Positions 1-9,374 of a stretch of DNA of 64,000 nt are shown here, in pieces. The stretch comes from Candidatus Thermochlorobacter sp. (GTDB lineage Bacteria; Bacteroidota; Chlorobiia; Chlorobiales; Thermochlorobacteraceae). The position numbers were made by a program, and so were the translations under genes. How positions within the stretch are numbered: the stretch's first letter is position 1; each line of letters begins with the position of its first letter. The stretch covers positions 32,313 through 96,312 of the forward strand of contig JBKBSK010000008.1 in the NCBI GenBank assembly GCA_046291735.1, given 5' to 3'. The notes beneath the pieces are model-generated. The model saw only the letters and a list, made by a program, of their open reading frames with translations, was not told the origin of the DNA and did no database searches.

Positions 1-1523
1 ATCACACAGGGCGCAATCATCCTTGGGCGGTCAGTGCTCGCACCTTAGGCAGACGCTCACCCTACTTTACATGGTATCAACGCACAATTCCCACTTCAGG
101 ACCGGGGACGAACACCAACGGATTAGGCTGGGGCACTGACGCTGCTGGCTTTGTCTATTATGGCGGATTTAGTCAAGCCTTGCTCAATTTCGAGTGGAGT
201 GATCTTGACGCGCGCCACGCTATGCTTGATGTCTATAAGTATTGGCTCAAAGAGTTTGATCTCGATGGCTTTCGTTTTGATGTCTATTGGGGACCGCATC
301 GGCGCAACGGCAGAGCAAATTTTGATGAATTTCTGCGTCGAGCACTCAAGCGCATTAAAGGCGATATTTACTTACTTGCTGAGTCAGATGGCACAGGCAT
401 TGGCAGCGAGACCATCTTTGCAGACCATGAATCGGGGGGCTTGCGTGGCGGCGCAGATGCAGGCTACGACTGGAAGCTCTACGGCGGCGCAATTCGCCCC
501 TTTAGTTTCACCCCACAAGCTATTAACACACTACACAACGAACTCTTCAACAATGGATTCTATCCCGGACCTAATTCTTACTACATGCGCTTTCTGGAAA
601 ATAAAGATGAAGACCGCATTGCGTTTTTATATCGCACACCCGACACGCTCACGGCATATCGGCGCACAATGGCTATGGCAAGTGTGATTTTCACTGCGCC
701 CGGACATCCCTTGCTCTACACTGGTCAAGAAGTTGGCGCAGGCTTTCCCACATCTGCTACGAACTTAGGCGAACCTGATCTTAATGTGCGTCGTCGTGGT
801 GTCGTAAATTGGAACCATTTTGGGCGCACCTTGCTCATGCCGCACTACCAACGCTTAGCGCACATTCGCGCACAATTCCCTGCGTTCTGGACTCAATCCT
901 TGCAGCGACTCATTCCAACAAACAACAACAATTTTATCTACGCCTTCACGCGTCCTTTTGAAAATCAAAACGGACTTACGGTCGTGAATTTTTCTGACCA
1001 AACACAAACCGCAATACTTAACCTGCGCACAGCTGGCGCCGTCCTTTTCACCGGCGGCATTCAAGACAACACAACCTATTTTCTCAACAATCTCTACGAC
1101 AATACGCGCCGAGAAGTACGTGGCTCAGAATTTAGTGCTGTTACAGTTACTTTGCCTCCGTTTGGCTCAGCAATTTTTACGCTCTCCACAACACCCGATG
1201 CCGTGGTTATTCCAAATCCACTCTCGACAGAGCAAGACACAAAATCTACACCGCAAGTCTTTGCCTTAGAACAAAACTACCCGAACCCTTTCAATCCGAC
1301 GACAACCATTCGCTATCAACTGCCACAAGCCACGACAGTAAGTCTGAAAGTCTTCGATGTCTTAGGTCGTGAAGTTGCCACACTTGTCAATGCTCGACAA
1401 GCTGCTGGTCAATACAGCGTGCAGTTTTCTGCTGGCGATAAAGCTCTTTCAAGCGGGGTATATTTCTACCGACTGCAAGCTGGAAATTTTGTAGAGACCA
1501 AGAAAATGGTGCTGATAAAGTAA
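1..1523 (+). CDS. GH13 (alpha-amylase family) glycoside hydrolase, 5'-truncated by the window edge, with a C-terminal T9SS sorting domain
   Basis: The reading frame is open from nt 3 with no stop before the ORF-track start at 180, so the gene enters from outside the window. It has a GH13 region-II-like LDGFRFDVYW and an amylase-like C-terminal beta domain. The last ~85 aa (NYPNPFNPTTTIRYQLP...SGVYFYRLQAG..VETKKMVLIK) fit the Por/T9SS secretion-tail pattern. Confidence 0.8.
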   Translation, partial: HTGRNHPWAVSARTLGRRSPYFTWYQRTIPTSGPGTNTNGLGWGTDAAGFVYYGGFSQALLNFEWSDLDARHAMLDVYKYWLKEFDLDGFRFDVYWGPHRRNGRANFDEFLRRALKRIKGDIYLLAESDGTGIGSETIFADHESGGLRGGADAGYDWKLYGGAIRPFSFTPQAINTLHNELFNNGFYPGPNSYYMRFLENKDEDRIAFLYRTPDTLTAYRRTMAMASVIFTAPGHPLLYTGQEVGAGFPTSATNLGEPDLNVRRRGVVNWNHFGRTLLMPHYQRLAHIRAQFPAFWTQSLQRLIPTNNNNFIYAFTRPFENQNGLTVVNFSDQTQTAILNLRTAGAVLFTGGIQDNTTYFLNNLYDNTRREVRGSEFSAVTVTLPPFGSAIFTLSTTPDAVVIPNPLSTEQDTKSTPQVFALEQNYPNPFNPTTTIRYQLPQATTVSLKVFDVLGREVATLVNARQAAGQYSVQFSAGDKALSSGVYFYRLQAGNFVETKKMVLIK

Positions 1524-1595
1524 TGATATCGCAACCTTTAACGAACTGCTTAGGTTTTTTTAGAGTCTAAGGAAAAACTTTGAAGCGCATCATGA

Positions 1596-2783
1596 ATGTC
1601 TGCTGAGATTTGTCCAATCCATAAGGTGCCGCTGGTGCTTTCCTATCGTGGTGTTAAGCACATTGCTGACCTGAACGCAAAGCTTGAAGGCTTACCGATG
1701 CTGTATTGTCCGGCTTGTGCTGCTGAAGGCAAGGATTCATCACGCGAATTGGAAAGTGCACTCACGAATGCTTTTGTTGCAGGCTTACGCAAAATGCTAG
1801 ATAAAGCGACGTTCAGTGCGCACTTTCATCGCCCTGAAATGACCTTCAACTTTAATCCGCACAAAGCACGCTTAGAGCACAGCGGACTTGCAGAAAAGCG
1901 CGCGACTGCACAAAATGGCACAGCTCAAGCCCTTGATGATGACATCACGAAACGCTTGGAAAACTTCGTTCCGCAAAAGCCTCTCTACTCCCTCGATCGC
2001 CTCATCTTAGATGATGCCACGCGCAGAGCCTTGCAAGATGTGCTGACCTTGATTCATCAGCAACGCCTAATTTATGAGACATGGAATTTGCAATCGATTG
2101 ATCGAACGGGGCGAAAAGTTGCGCTTAACTTCTATGGCTTACCCGGCACTGGCAAGACACTTGCCGCTGAAGCCATTGCAAATTCATTAGGCAAAGAAAT
2201 TTTGATGGTTAGCTACGCTGAGTTGGAATCTAAGTATGTGGGTGAAACTCCGAAGAATATCAAAGCGGCATTTGCCCAAGCTGCACGCACAGGCGCGGTG
2301 CTCTTTTTCGATGAAGCCGATTCAATTTTGGGAAAGCGCCTGACGCAAGTTGCGCAATCAGCTGACCATAGTGTCAATTTGACACGAAGTACAACGCTCA
2401 TCGAACTTGACCGTTTTAATGGTCTGGTCATTTTTGCTTCAAATTTAGTTGGCAATTACGACCCTGCCTTTTTGCGCCGCATGATTGCTCACATTGAATT
2501 TCGCCTGCCTGAAAAAGCACAACTGCAAGAGATTTGGCGCATTCACATCCCGCCGCAATTGCCAATTGAACCTGATTTGGATTTTGAAAAACTTGCCGAA
2601 CTTTCGCTTGGTGCCTCGGGCGGAGATGTCAAAAACGCTTTGCTGCTTGCTGTAGCTACGGTCGCTGCACGAGCAAAAAGCGAACACATTGTGCGCTTCG
2701 ACGATTTAGCTAGCGCCATACGCATCATTTTGGACCAAAAGCGTAAAGTCTTAGATTCTCGTCATTCACTTACACATCCATGA
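1596..2783 (+). CDS. AAA+ ATPase (classic clade) with an N-terminal zinc-ribbon-like domain
   Basis: The C-terminal ~230 aa carry Walker A GLPGTGKT, Walker B VLFFDEAD, sensor-1 VIFASN and Arg-finger region PAFLRR. The N-terminal ~170 aa contain a CPIH...(28 aa)...CPAC pair and no family I recognise. The stop overlaps the hisB start (ATGA at 2780-2783). Confidence 0.8.
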   Translation: MSAEICPIHKVPLVLSYRGVKHIADLNAKLEGLPMLYCPACAAEGKDSSRELESALTNAFVAGLRKMLDKATFSAHFHRPEMTFNFNPHKARLEHSGLAEKRATAQNGTAQALDDDITKRLENFVPQKPLYSLDRLILDDATRRALQDVLTLIHQQRLIYETWNLQSIDRTGRKVALNFYGLPGTGKTLAAEAIANSLGKEILMVSYAELESKYVGETPKNIKAAFAQAARTGAVLFFDEADSILGKRLTQVAQSADHSVNLTRSTTLIELDRFNGLVIFASNLVGNYDPAFLRRMIAHIEFRLPEKAQLQEIWRIHIPPQLPIEPDLDFEKLAELSLGASGGDVKNALLLAVATVAARAKSEHIVRFDDLASAIRIILDQKRKVLDSRHSLTHP

Positions 2784-3424
2784 GCTCAACACATATAACT
2801 TCTCGCAAAGCACTTGCGCAAAACGGCAAAGACACTCACACCTTGCGCTGCGCTACACTTTCGCGTAAAACGAAAGAGACCGATATTTCTCTCTCACTCA
2901 ATCTCGATGGCGAAGGGCACTATAAGATTCAAACCGGAATTAATTTTCTCAATCACATGCTCGAGCTCTTCTCCAAACACTCACGCATTGACCTTGAACT
3001 CACTTGCATTGGTGATGTGCATATCGATGACCACCATACGGTGGAAGATGTCGCCATCGTTTTAGGTCGTGCTCTTGCTCAAGCACTTGGCGATAAGGTC
3101 GGCATTGAACGCTATGGCTACGCTTACATTCCCATGGATGAGACACTTGCGCGTGCAGTTGTGGATTTGAGCGGTCGCAGCTACCTCGTTTTTAATGCAA
3201 AATTTGCTCGCGCCAAAATCAGCGATATGGCAACAGAGATGGTTGAACACTTCTTTCTCTCACTGGCGGAGCATTTGAAAGCCAACATTCACCTCGAGAT
3301 TCTCTACGGCAAAAATACGCATCACAAAATTGAAGCACTCTTTAAAGCCTTTGCTGTTGCAATGCGTGCCGCTGTACGCATCTCCTCTCATCAAATTGCC
3401 TCGACCAAAGGCTTGCTGGCATGA
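2780..3424 (+). CDS. hisB: imidazoleglycerol-phosphate dehydratase (monofunctional)
   Basis: IGPD motifs are present: [52 protein letters not shown]. It has ~20 extra N-terminal residues relative to typical IGPD, so an internal start is possible. No other his genes are nearby. Confidence 0.9.
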   Translation: MSSTHITSRKALAQNGKDTHTLRCATLSRKTKETDISLSLNLDGEGHYKIQTGINFLNHMLELFSKHSRIDLELTCIGDVHIDDHHTVEDVAIVLGRALAQALGDKVGIERYGYAYIPMDETLARAVVDLSGRSYLVFNAKFARAKISDMATEMVEHFFLSLAEHLKANIHLEILYGKNTHHKIEALFKAFAVAMRAAVRISSHQIASTKGLLA

Positions 3425-3427
3425 GCG

Positions 3428-6313
3428 CTATGGCAAAGCCGGTAATACGAAAGGATGTATAGACTTCAAGCGATTAAATAAATCTTCAAAACGCAGGTCG
3501 CCGCGATAGGCATAACCCTTGGGCAAGGGCGGCAATTGAGGAATGCACCATTCAAAACGCTGTGGAATAAAGGGCAACAGTTCAACCGAAGTATTTGCAT
3601 TTGCTTCAAGCAGCACCGGTGTAATCCCATGAATTTCTGTGATAACAAGTCGCGCATAAGTTTCAGGTGTGTCATGAGCAAACCCGTAGTGAATCTCAAA
3701 AAATACTTGCGCTGTTTTGTCATACGGATTTACAAGACGCACAACTTCGGTTGCTGCATCAACAGATTGTGACACAAGTTTTCTGCCAAGACTATCGACA
3801 ATCAAAAGTCCGATATCTGTGTTTTTGTTGTAATCTTCTTTGCTCATTGAAATGCGCATGGTCAGAGAACCATCTTGCTCAGAGAGCAGAACAGGCATAC
3901 GGTAGATTTTTCCTGCGTAAATCGTATCCACAACGGTTTTAACATAACTGCCAATTCTTGCGCTAACGCTGCCGCGTGAAATGCTAGTGTTGGAGTTTAT
4001 GACACTGGCTTGCAACAGTGTTGGAGTTAGCGTTTGAATGTCGAATGCCACACGCTCAATTTCAACTTCTAAGGAAAAGCGTGATGCAGTTTTTGCATCC
4101 GCATCGGCTTGCAAGACGACTTCATAGACGCCTGCTTCGAGCTCTCGCACGACACTCACGCCAGACTGTGTTTCACCCTCGCCAATGAGTGGAATGGGCG
4201 TAACAACGGCACCTCTTGGAGAAATCACCGCGCCCGAGACATCGCACGCAAACCCTTTCTCGCTTAGCACTGTAACATTAAGCGCAGATGCCCCTTTTGG
4301 CACAGCAAAGAAATATCGACGAATTTCACCTGCTCTGAGCGTTTGCCGTGAAAAACTGATAAACCCTTCATCACCAAACGTGTAGGGCACAACCAGCGTA
4401 TTGTGCAGCTCGAACTCAACTTCAGGGAGCTTTGAATTTGCACCACGTCTTATTGCTACCACTTTGCCGTGATAGACGCCGGGGTTTTTGAGTTTTGTGC
4501 GGTCGTAAATGACACGAATGTTTGTTCCAGCGCTGCCGCGCATGACGACATTTTTTTGTGGAAGTTTTAGCCATGGCGCAGTAGAGCGAAGTTCGAAGAT
4601 GCGGAAAAATTTTTCTTGTTCCGCACTGCTCATTTTCGGTGGAAATTTCGGCAGAACTTGAAAGACTTCGGCTTCGGGGATTACTGTGCTGCGGTGATAG
4701 GCAGCAGGTGTAGCGTATTCTGTGCCATGAACCGCTGAAGCCACGCGCACGGTGTAATCTATCATCTGTTCAGCAAAGCCGCTTTTGCGATAGCTCTGCA
4801 AGGCTTCCAGCGCACGTGGCACATCAAGCAATCCAGCCCCATAATCGAGTTCGCTGTACGCTAGCGCTGCGCTCAACGGACGCGCCGAAGCACGCAAGGC
4901 TTGTTTGATGACACGTTGGGAATAGCGCCCTGTGCGTACGCCCTCAGGGTCTTCTTTGAGCAAGGCACTCAGCAATAGTGCAATTGCGCCTGCTACATGC
5001 GGTGCAGCCATGCTTGTGCCACTCATCAGCAACATTTGTGAATGGTTTGGCACCGTAGAAAATGCTGAGCCGGGCGCCACTAAGTCTGGCTTTGCAGTCT
5101 CTGCACCGCGACTGCTAAAATTCCAAATGCTGTGCTCGCGCTGGTCTAAATTGTATGCATCACGCGCAATATCACGGTTGAGCAACGCCCCAACTGAAAT
5201 TACGCGTGACGCCGCTGCAGGTAGCCCCGTCGATGAAATGCCCGGACCTTCATTGCCATTTGAGACCACAACATACAGATTTGGCGTAGCTTCCAGTAGC
5301 GAATCCAAATACTTTTCCATGTCTGCATTGCTCTCAAGTTCTGACGCCACACCAAAGCTCATGTTGACTATCACCGGCTTAGGCTGCGACAGCGCAAGAC
5401 GCGCCGCATAGTCGTAGGCTTTCTTCATGCTGCCCGTTGTGCTCAGCTGACCGATTGCCCCATCGCTGATTTTCAAGCTCACCAGTTCCGCACCCGGCGC
5501 AATGCCGTTGTAGCCCGACTGCGTTGGCGTTGCATAAATGTTGTACCCCGCAGCAATGCCTGCTACATGTGAGCCGTGTGCACCATCATCAAAGTGTAAA
5601 ACGACACGCTGCTCATCCAGAAAAATGTTCAATGCGCAGGTCATGACAGGCAGTTTCGTTGTGTCTTTCTGCGTAAAAGTGAAAGTGTCAAAGCGTTCTT
5701 TATAGCTCCGCAGTGGCTTTTCATCAGCAAGATTGCCATCAGCGTTAGTGTCAATAAAAGCAATTGACCCATCTTGAACGCGGTAGGCTACCACCCCAAA
5801 CACCGTCTCCGACTTGCCATCGCCATCTACATCTGACACTTCTCCGTTCTGCAAGCCTGCCTCCTTGAATGCGCCAATCAAATAAGTACCATCACTTGGT
5901 TTTGGCAAGGCTTCAATGCCGCTGAGCAGCAAACCACTCAAAGTATCCTGCACCTGAAGTGAGCCTGCTTTTTCCATGACCTTTGCCTTGATGAGTCGTA
6001 CATCACCTGCGCCCGAAAAATCTTGCACATCAATGACTTTGGTTGTGCCAAGAGATGTTTTCTTCAAACCTTCAATCCCCATATCGACCCCTGTGTCGAG
6101 AATAACGATGATTACGCCTCGTCCATCAGCTTCTGGGCGCTTTTCCAAAAATGCATCAATGCCGCATGTGGTCTTGGAAATAAAACTGAGCTTATCGACT
6201 CTGCGCGGCGGCTGCACATCTTGTGCAAACTGTGGAGTAGAAAACAGCAGCTCAAGAGCAAGTATCGCAAAACAAATCGGAACGATTGGGAGTCGCGTAT
6301 CTTGACGTTGCAT
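3428..6313 (-). CDS. secreted S8 serine peptidase, tripeptidyl-peptidase II-like architecture
   Basis: It has a signal peptide (..ILALELLFSTPQFAQD). The catalytic residues are Asp in VIIVILDTGVD, His in HGSHVAGIAAG, oxyanion Asn in VVSNGNEGPG and Ser in SGTSMAAPHVAG. About 180 aa separate Asp from His, against ~30 in subtilisin, and a ~500-aa non-catalytic C-terminal region follows. Confidence 0.8.
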   Translation of the reverse strand: MQRQDTRLPIVPICFAILALELLFSTPQFAQDVQPPRRVDKLSFISKTTCGIDAFLEKRPEADGRGVIIVILDTGVDMGIEGLKKTSLGTTKVIDVQDFSGAGDVRLIKAKVMEKAGSLQVQDTLSGLLLSGIEALPKPSDGTYLIGAFKEAGLQNGEVSDVDGDGKSETVFGVVAYRVQDGSIAFIDTNADGNLADEKPLRSYKERFDTFTFTQKDTTKLPVMTCALNIFLDEQRVVLHFDDGAHGSHVAGIAAGYNIYATPTQSGYNGIAPGAELVSLKISDGAIGQLSTTGSMKKAYDYAARLALSQPKPVIVNMSFGVASELESNADMEKYLDSLLEATPNLYVVVSNGNEGPGISSTGLPAAASRVISVGALLNRDIARDAYNLDQREHSIWNFSSRGAETAKPDLVAPGSAFSTVPNHSQMLLMSGTSMAAPHVAGAIALLLSALLKEDPEGVRTGRYSQRVIKQALRASARPLSAALAYSELDYGAGLLDVPRALEALQSYRKSGFAEQMIDYTVRVASAVHGTEYATPAAYHRSTVIPEAEVFQVLPKFPPKMSSAEQEKFFRIFELRSTAPWLKLPQKNVVMRGSAGTNIRVIYDRTKLKNPGVYHGKVVAIRRGANSKLPEVEFELHNTLVVPYTFGDEGFISFSRQTLRAGEIRRYFFAVPKGASALNVTVLSEKGFACDVSGAVISPRGAVVTPIPLIGEGETQSGVSVVRELEAGVYEVVLQADADAKTASRFSLEVEIERVAFDIQTLTPTLLQASVINSNTSISRGSVSARIGSYVKTVVDTIYAGKIYRMPVLLSEQDGSLTMRISMSKEDYNKNTDIGLLIVDSLGRKLVSQSVDAATEVVRLVNPYDKTAQVFFEIHYGFAHDTPETYARLVITEIHGITPVLLEANANTSVELLPFIPQRFEWCIPQLPPLPKGYAYRGDLRFEDLFNRLKSIHPFVLPALP

Positions 6314-6344
6314 ACAGCGTGATGATAAACGGTAGAATTAGGTA

Positions 6345-6373
6345 AATTAAAAAAGGCGTAGAGTGTTACGCCT
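6345..6373 (-). terminator. rho-independent terminator downstream of rpmG
   Basis: On the minus strand the hairpin AGGCGTA-acactc-TACGCCT is followed by TTTTTTAATTT, ~60 nt after the rpmG stop. Confidence 0.7.
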
Positions 6374-6431
6374 TAAATATCACGGTCTTAGCAGGCTTTT
6401 GCAAACTGGCTATGCGTACTTGAACCTACGC

Positions 6432-6614
6432 TTACTTGACTTCTTTATGCAGCGTGCGACGCTTGAGGTAAGGATTGTATTTCATAAGTTCAAGCCGCTC
6501 GGTGTCGTTGCGTTTATTTTTCTCGGTCGTGTAACGCGATGGTGTCTTGCCCTCCTTGCGAGCCTCTGTGCACTCCAGCGTGATAACAACACGGTTGCCT
6601 TTCTTTGCAGCCAT
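6432..6614 (-). CDS. rpmG: 50S ribosomal protein bL33
   Basis: The 60-aa product [56 protein letters not shown] is the canonical L33 pattern. Confidence 0.93.
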   Translation of the reverse strand: MAAKKGNRVVITLECTEARKEGKTPSRYTTEKNKRNDTERLELMKYNPYLKRRTLHKEVK

Positions 6615-6727
6615 AGTTATTGCTTAGTTTGGTGTTGCTCTCAAAAATGAGTGGCAAATATAGCCTTTCGCAATCTTTTTCACAAAACTTGATTAAATTT
6701 AGGGCTCAAAACAACGCAGCACACACT

Positions 6728-7375
6728 ATGAATATCAATCGCACAATTCTTTTTCTTGGCATTAGCGTTGTCGCTATCACGAGCATTGCCGTATTTGCTA
6801 TTCAAAGCGCAAATTTTTCACGCCAAGACATTCCTGTTATCGCCAAAGTGCCGCCCTTTACTTTGCACGATCAAGACGGCATGCCTTTCACAGAAAAAGA
6901 CTTGCTTGGCAAAATCACCATTTTTGATTTTTTCTTTACACGCTGTCCCGGCGCCTGCCCGATGATGACCAAGCAAATGGCTGAACTCTACAACCTGTAT
7001 GCGTCCTCGAACCGAATTCAGTTTGTCTCCGTTACAGTCGATCCTAGTTATGACACGCCCGAGGTGCTCAAAGCATACGCCGCTGCACATGGCGTAACCG
7101 ACACGCGCTGGAAATTCTTGCACGGTGCAATTGATAGTGTCATTGCACTTTCAGAAAAAGGCTTTATGCTCCCTGCAGAAAATCTGCCGTCCGGACACAG
7201 TACAAAACTGATTCTGATTGACCAAGATGGACAAATTCGTGGATATTTTAGCTACAACGACAACGCCAGTATCTCAGTCTTGAAAACACAAGTGCGCGAA
7301 CTTGCAAAACCTTTCATTGCTGAAGAAGCTGCAGCGCGTCAGAAAGCACGCAAGATGACTGAATCGCAAAACTAA
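6728..7375 (+). CDS. SCO1/SenC family copper chaperone (thioredoxin fold)
   Basis: It has an N-terminal TM anchor (ILFLGISVVAITSIAVFAI) and a CxxxC copper motif in FFFTRCPGACP, followed by FVSVTVDPSYDTPEVLKAYA. I moved the start to ATG 6728, because the ORF-track start at 6620 abuts the rpmG start codon. Confidence 0.85.
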   Translation: MNINRTILFLGISVVAITSIAVFAIQSANFSRQDIPVIAKVPPFTLHDQDGMPFTEKDLLGKITIFDFFFTRCPGACPMMTKQMAELYNLYASSNRIQFVSVTVDPSYDTPEVLKAYAAAHGVTDTRWKFLHGAIDSVIALSEKGFMLPAENLPSGHSTKLILIDQDGQIRGYFSYNDNASISVLKTQVRELAKPFIAEEAAARQKARKMTESQN

Positions 7376-7393
7376 CCAAACGAAGTAAAGCTA

Positions 7394-7954
7394 ATGCCAA
7401 CTTTGAATCTCAAACACGCCAGTGAAAAAACGCTCTCGCTGATTGTCTATACACTCTCACTTGTGGTTATTAGTCTTGTGGCGTTTCTCATTTTCTTCCC
7501 ACAAGCTCTTGCCTTTGAAAGCGGTATCAATGTCGCATACTTGCCCAAATTTCATGCGTTTATCAACGGCACATGCGCAGTGTTTTTAGTTGCCGCCTAT
7601 CTAGCCATTCGCAGTAGAAACATCGCACTGCACAAAACCTTGATGGTTAGCACCTTTGTGCTCTCGAGCATTTTTCTTATCTCATACGTGATTTATCACT
7701 CGCAAGCGCCTGCAACAAAGTTCGGAGGCGAAGGGCTGATTCGCTATGTTTATTTCTTTGTGCTTATCACGCACATTGTTTTAGCCGCAATTATTCTGCC
7801 ACTTGCACTCTTTACGATTGCGCGCTCATGGCGTGGCGAATTTGACAAGCATAAGAAAATCGCACGCTGGACGTTGCCGCTTTGGTTTTATGTCGCCGTA
7901 ACTGGCGTGCTGGTCTATGTGATGATTTCGCCATACTACAATTTTCCGCAGTAA
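7394..7954 (+). CDS. DUF420 family membrane protein (cytochrome oxidase-associated context)
   Basis: It has four predicted TM helices and the C-terminal HKKIARWTLPLWFYVAVTGVLVYVMI signature that I associate with DUF420. It lies 18 nt downstream of the SCO1 gene, which is a common pairing. Confidence 0.7.
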   Translation: MPTLNLKHASEKTLSLIVYTLSLVVISLVAFLIFFPQALAFESGINVAYLPKFHAFINGTCAVFLVAAYLAIRSRNIALHKTLMVSTFVLSSIFLISYVIYHSQAPATKFGGEGLIRYVYFFVLITHIVLAAIILPLALFTIARSWRGEFDKHKKIARWTLPLWFYVAVTGVLVYVMISPYYNFPQ

Positions 7955-8379
7955 GCCTAAGCCTTACAGGCGGCACGGCAGAACTAGGCTTGAATCTTCA
8001 TAAACCACAATGGCGCAGTCTGTGCGTTGCCACTGAGTTTGCTTATCACGCCAAGTTGATTGCACGCTTCGAGCACTTGTGCTGCATTCAGTGCTCAAAA
8101 AGCGGCTTTTCATCCCCGATGAGCATTCCGACTACACTGCAACACTCCAAGAGATTTACCGCTTAGCACAAAACGCAGATTGCCGATTGGGCGTTATGCC
8201 GAAGTGCAAAAAGTTGGCAAAGACATTGCCACAGCGCCGCAGATTAGCATGTAGAAAATCGCTAAAGTTTAGGTTGTAACTCTCGGTAAAACTTCATAGC
8301 TTATTCTACGAAGAAGTGGTGCAGTGCTGAAACGAGTCGCAACGCGTTGTGACGCCAACTGTGAAAAGGATAACCCTAT

Positions 8380-9255
8380 ATGATTATACTTATCATCAAG
8401 TCTAACAAAAAGTCGGTTAAGACCCCAGACAAAGCTAAGTCTCGGAAAGCAAAATCCGCAAAGAAGTCGACAAAGTCTGCAGACACATCATCGAAAGCTG
8501 CCGTACATGGCAAGTCAGAATTAGAACATCGCTCTACTCCCAAGTCTCGTGTTTTTCCGGCAGATTTAGCCTTGCAGGAAGAAGCAATTGATTTCGATGC
8601 GGTTGAAGCACTTACTGATGAAGACTTAATGCAAAGCGAAGCGGCACTGCGTAAAGAGCCTGAAAAGCTCACGCGCGCCGAAATTGAAAAGCAAATGGAT
8701 TTCCAGAAAGAGGCAATGGTGCATATCGATTCGCTCTACAACTTTGCCCTGCGTATGACTGGCGACCCCGAAGATGCCAATGATCTGGTGCAAGAAACTT
8801 ACATGAAAGCCTATCGCTTCTTTGAATCCTTCGAGAAAGGAACGAACTGCAAAGCATGGCTGTTTCGTATTCTTAAGAACAGTTACATTAACAAGTATCG
8901 CAAGGAATCCAAAGAACCTGACAAAGTCGATTACGACGAGATAAAAGAGTTTTATCACACTGTTAAGCACAGTTCTCTGGATTCCAACGATATGCAAGAG
9001 AAGATGTTTAGTGACCTGCTTGATGATGAAGTTGCCCGAGCGCTGGAGAGTCTGCCCGAAGATTTCAAGGAGGTCGTGCAACTTTGCGATATTGAGGGTT
9101 TCACCTACGAAGAAATTGCCAATATGGTTGACTGTCCGATTGGCACGGTGCGTTCAAGACTGCATCGTGGCAGGAAAATTCTGCGCGAAAGACTCATGGA
9201 ATATGCAAAGCAACACGGCTATAAAATTAACCCCAAAGACTGGCTGGATGACTGA
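8380..9255 (+). CDS. ECF-type RNA polymerase sigma factor with a ~105-aa Lys-rich/acidic N-terminal extension (start uncertain)
   Basis: Region 2 is [14 protein letters not shown] and [16 protein letters not shown]. Region 4 is [40 protein letters not shown] conventional-length (186 aa) protein would start at ATG 8695. The in-frame upstream 315 nt are open and encode [23 protein letters not shown]... followed by an acidic stretch. Confidence 0.8.
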   Translation: MIILIIKSNKKSVKTPDKAKSRKAKSAKKSTKSADTSSKAAVHGKSELEHRSTPKSRVFPADLALQEEAIDFDAVEALTDEDLMQSEAALRKEPEKLTRAEIEKQMDFQKEAMVHIDSLYNFALRMTGDPEDANDLVQETYMKAYRFFESFEKGTNCKAWLFRILKNSYINKYRKESKEPDKVDYDEIKEFYHTVKHSSLDSNDMQEKMFSDLLDDEVARALESLPEDFKEVVQLCDIEGFTYEEIANMVDCPIGTVRSRLHRGRKILRERLMEYAKQHGYKINPKDWLDD

Positions 9256-9262
9256 GACTTCA

Positions 9263-9298
9263 CCGCAAGAGCAGTCTATGCCGCAAGAGCAGTCTATG
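9263..9298. repeat. perfect 18-bp tandem duplication (CCGCAAGAGCAGTCTATG x2)
   Basis: Read directly from the sequence: 9263-9280 is identical to 9281-9298. It lies in the spacer between the sigma stop (9255) and the anti-sigma start (9375). Confidence 0.95.
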
Positions 9299-9374
9299 AT
9301 GTATAAGTCTTTACACTCGCCTTTGACAGTGATAGAGCAAGGCGTCTTTGACCAACGCAAACCAAAGTAGTAAG

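Noticed and set aside
1596-6313. An AAA+ ATPase and an S8 subtilase lie within 650 bp of each other. This superficially resembles the two-gene ATPase+subtilase anti-phage system described as IetAS.
   Set aside because: The two genes are convergent rather than in an operon and are separated by a housekeeping hisB. The S8 protein has a Sec signal peptide and a TPP II-like architecture, so it would act outside the cytoplasm, whereas the ATPase is cytoplasmic. No other defence or mobile genes are nearby.
6363-6650. A 95-aa plus-strand ORF overlapping rpmG.
   Set aside because: It is antisense to the unmistakable bL33 gene and its terminator. It has no motifs and an odd composition.
7882-8279. 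Two overlapping ORFs (94 and 66 aa) in the DUF420-sigma spacer.
   Set aside because: They have no RBS and no recognisable motifs, and they are in mutually exclusive frames. I kept the region as an unassigned interval in the findings rather than as genes.
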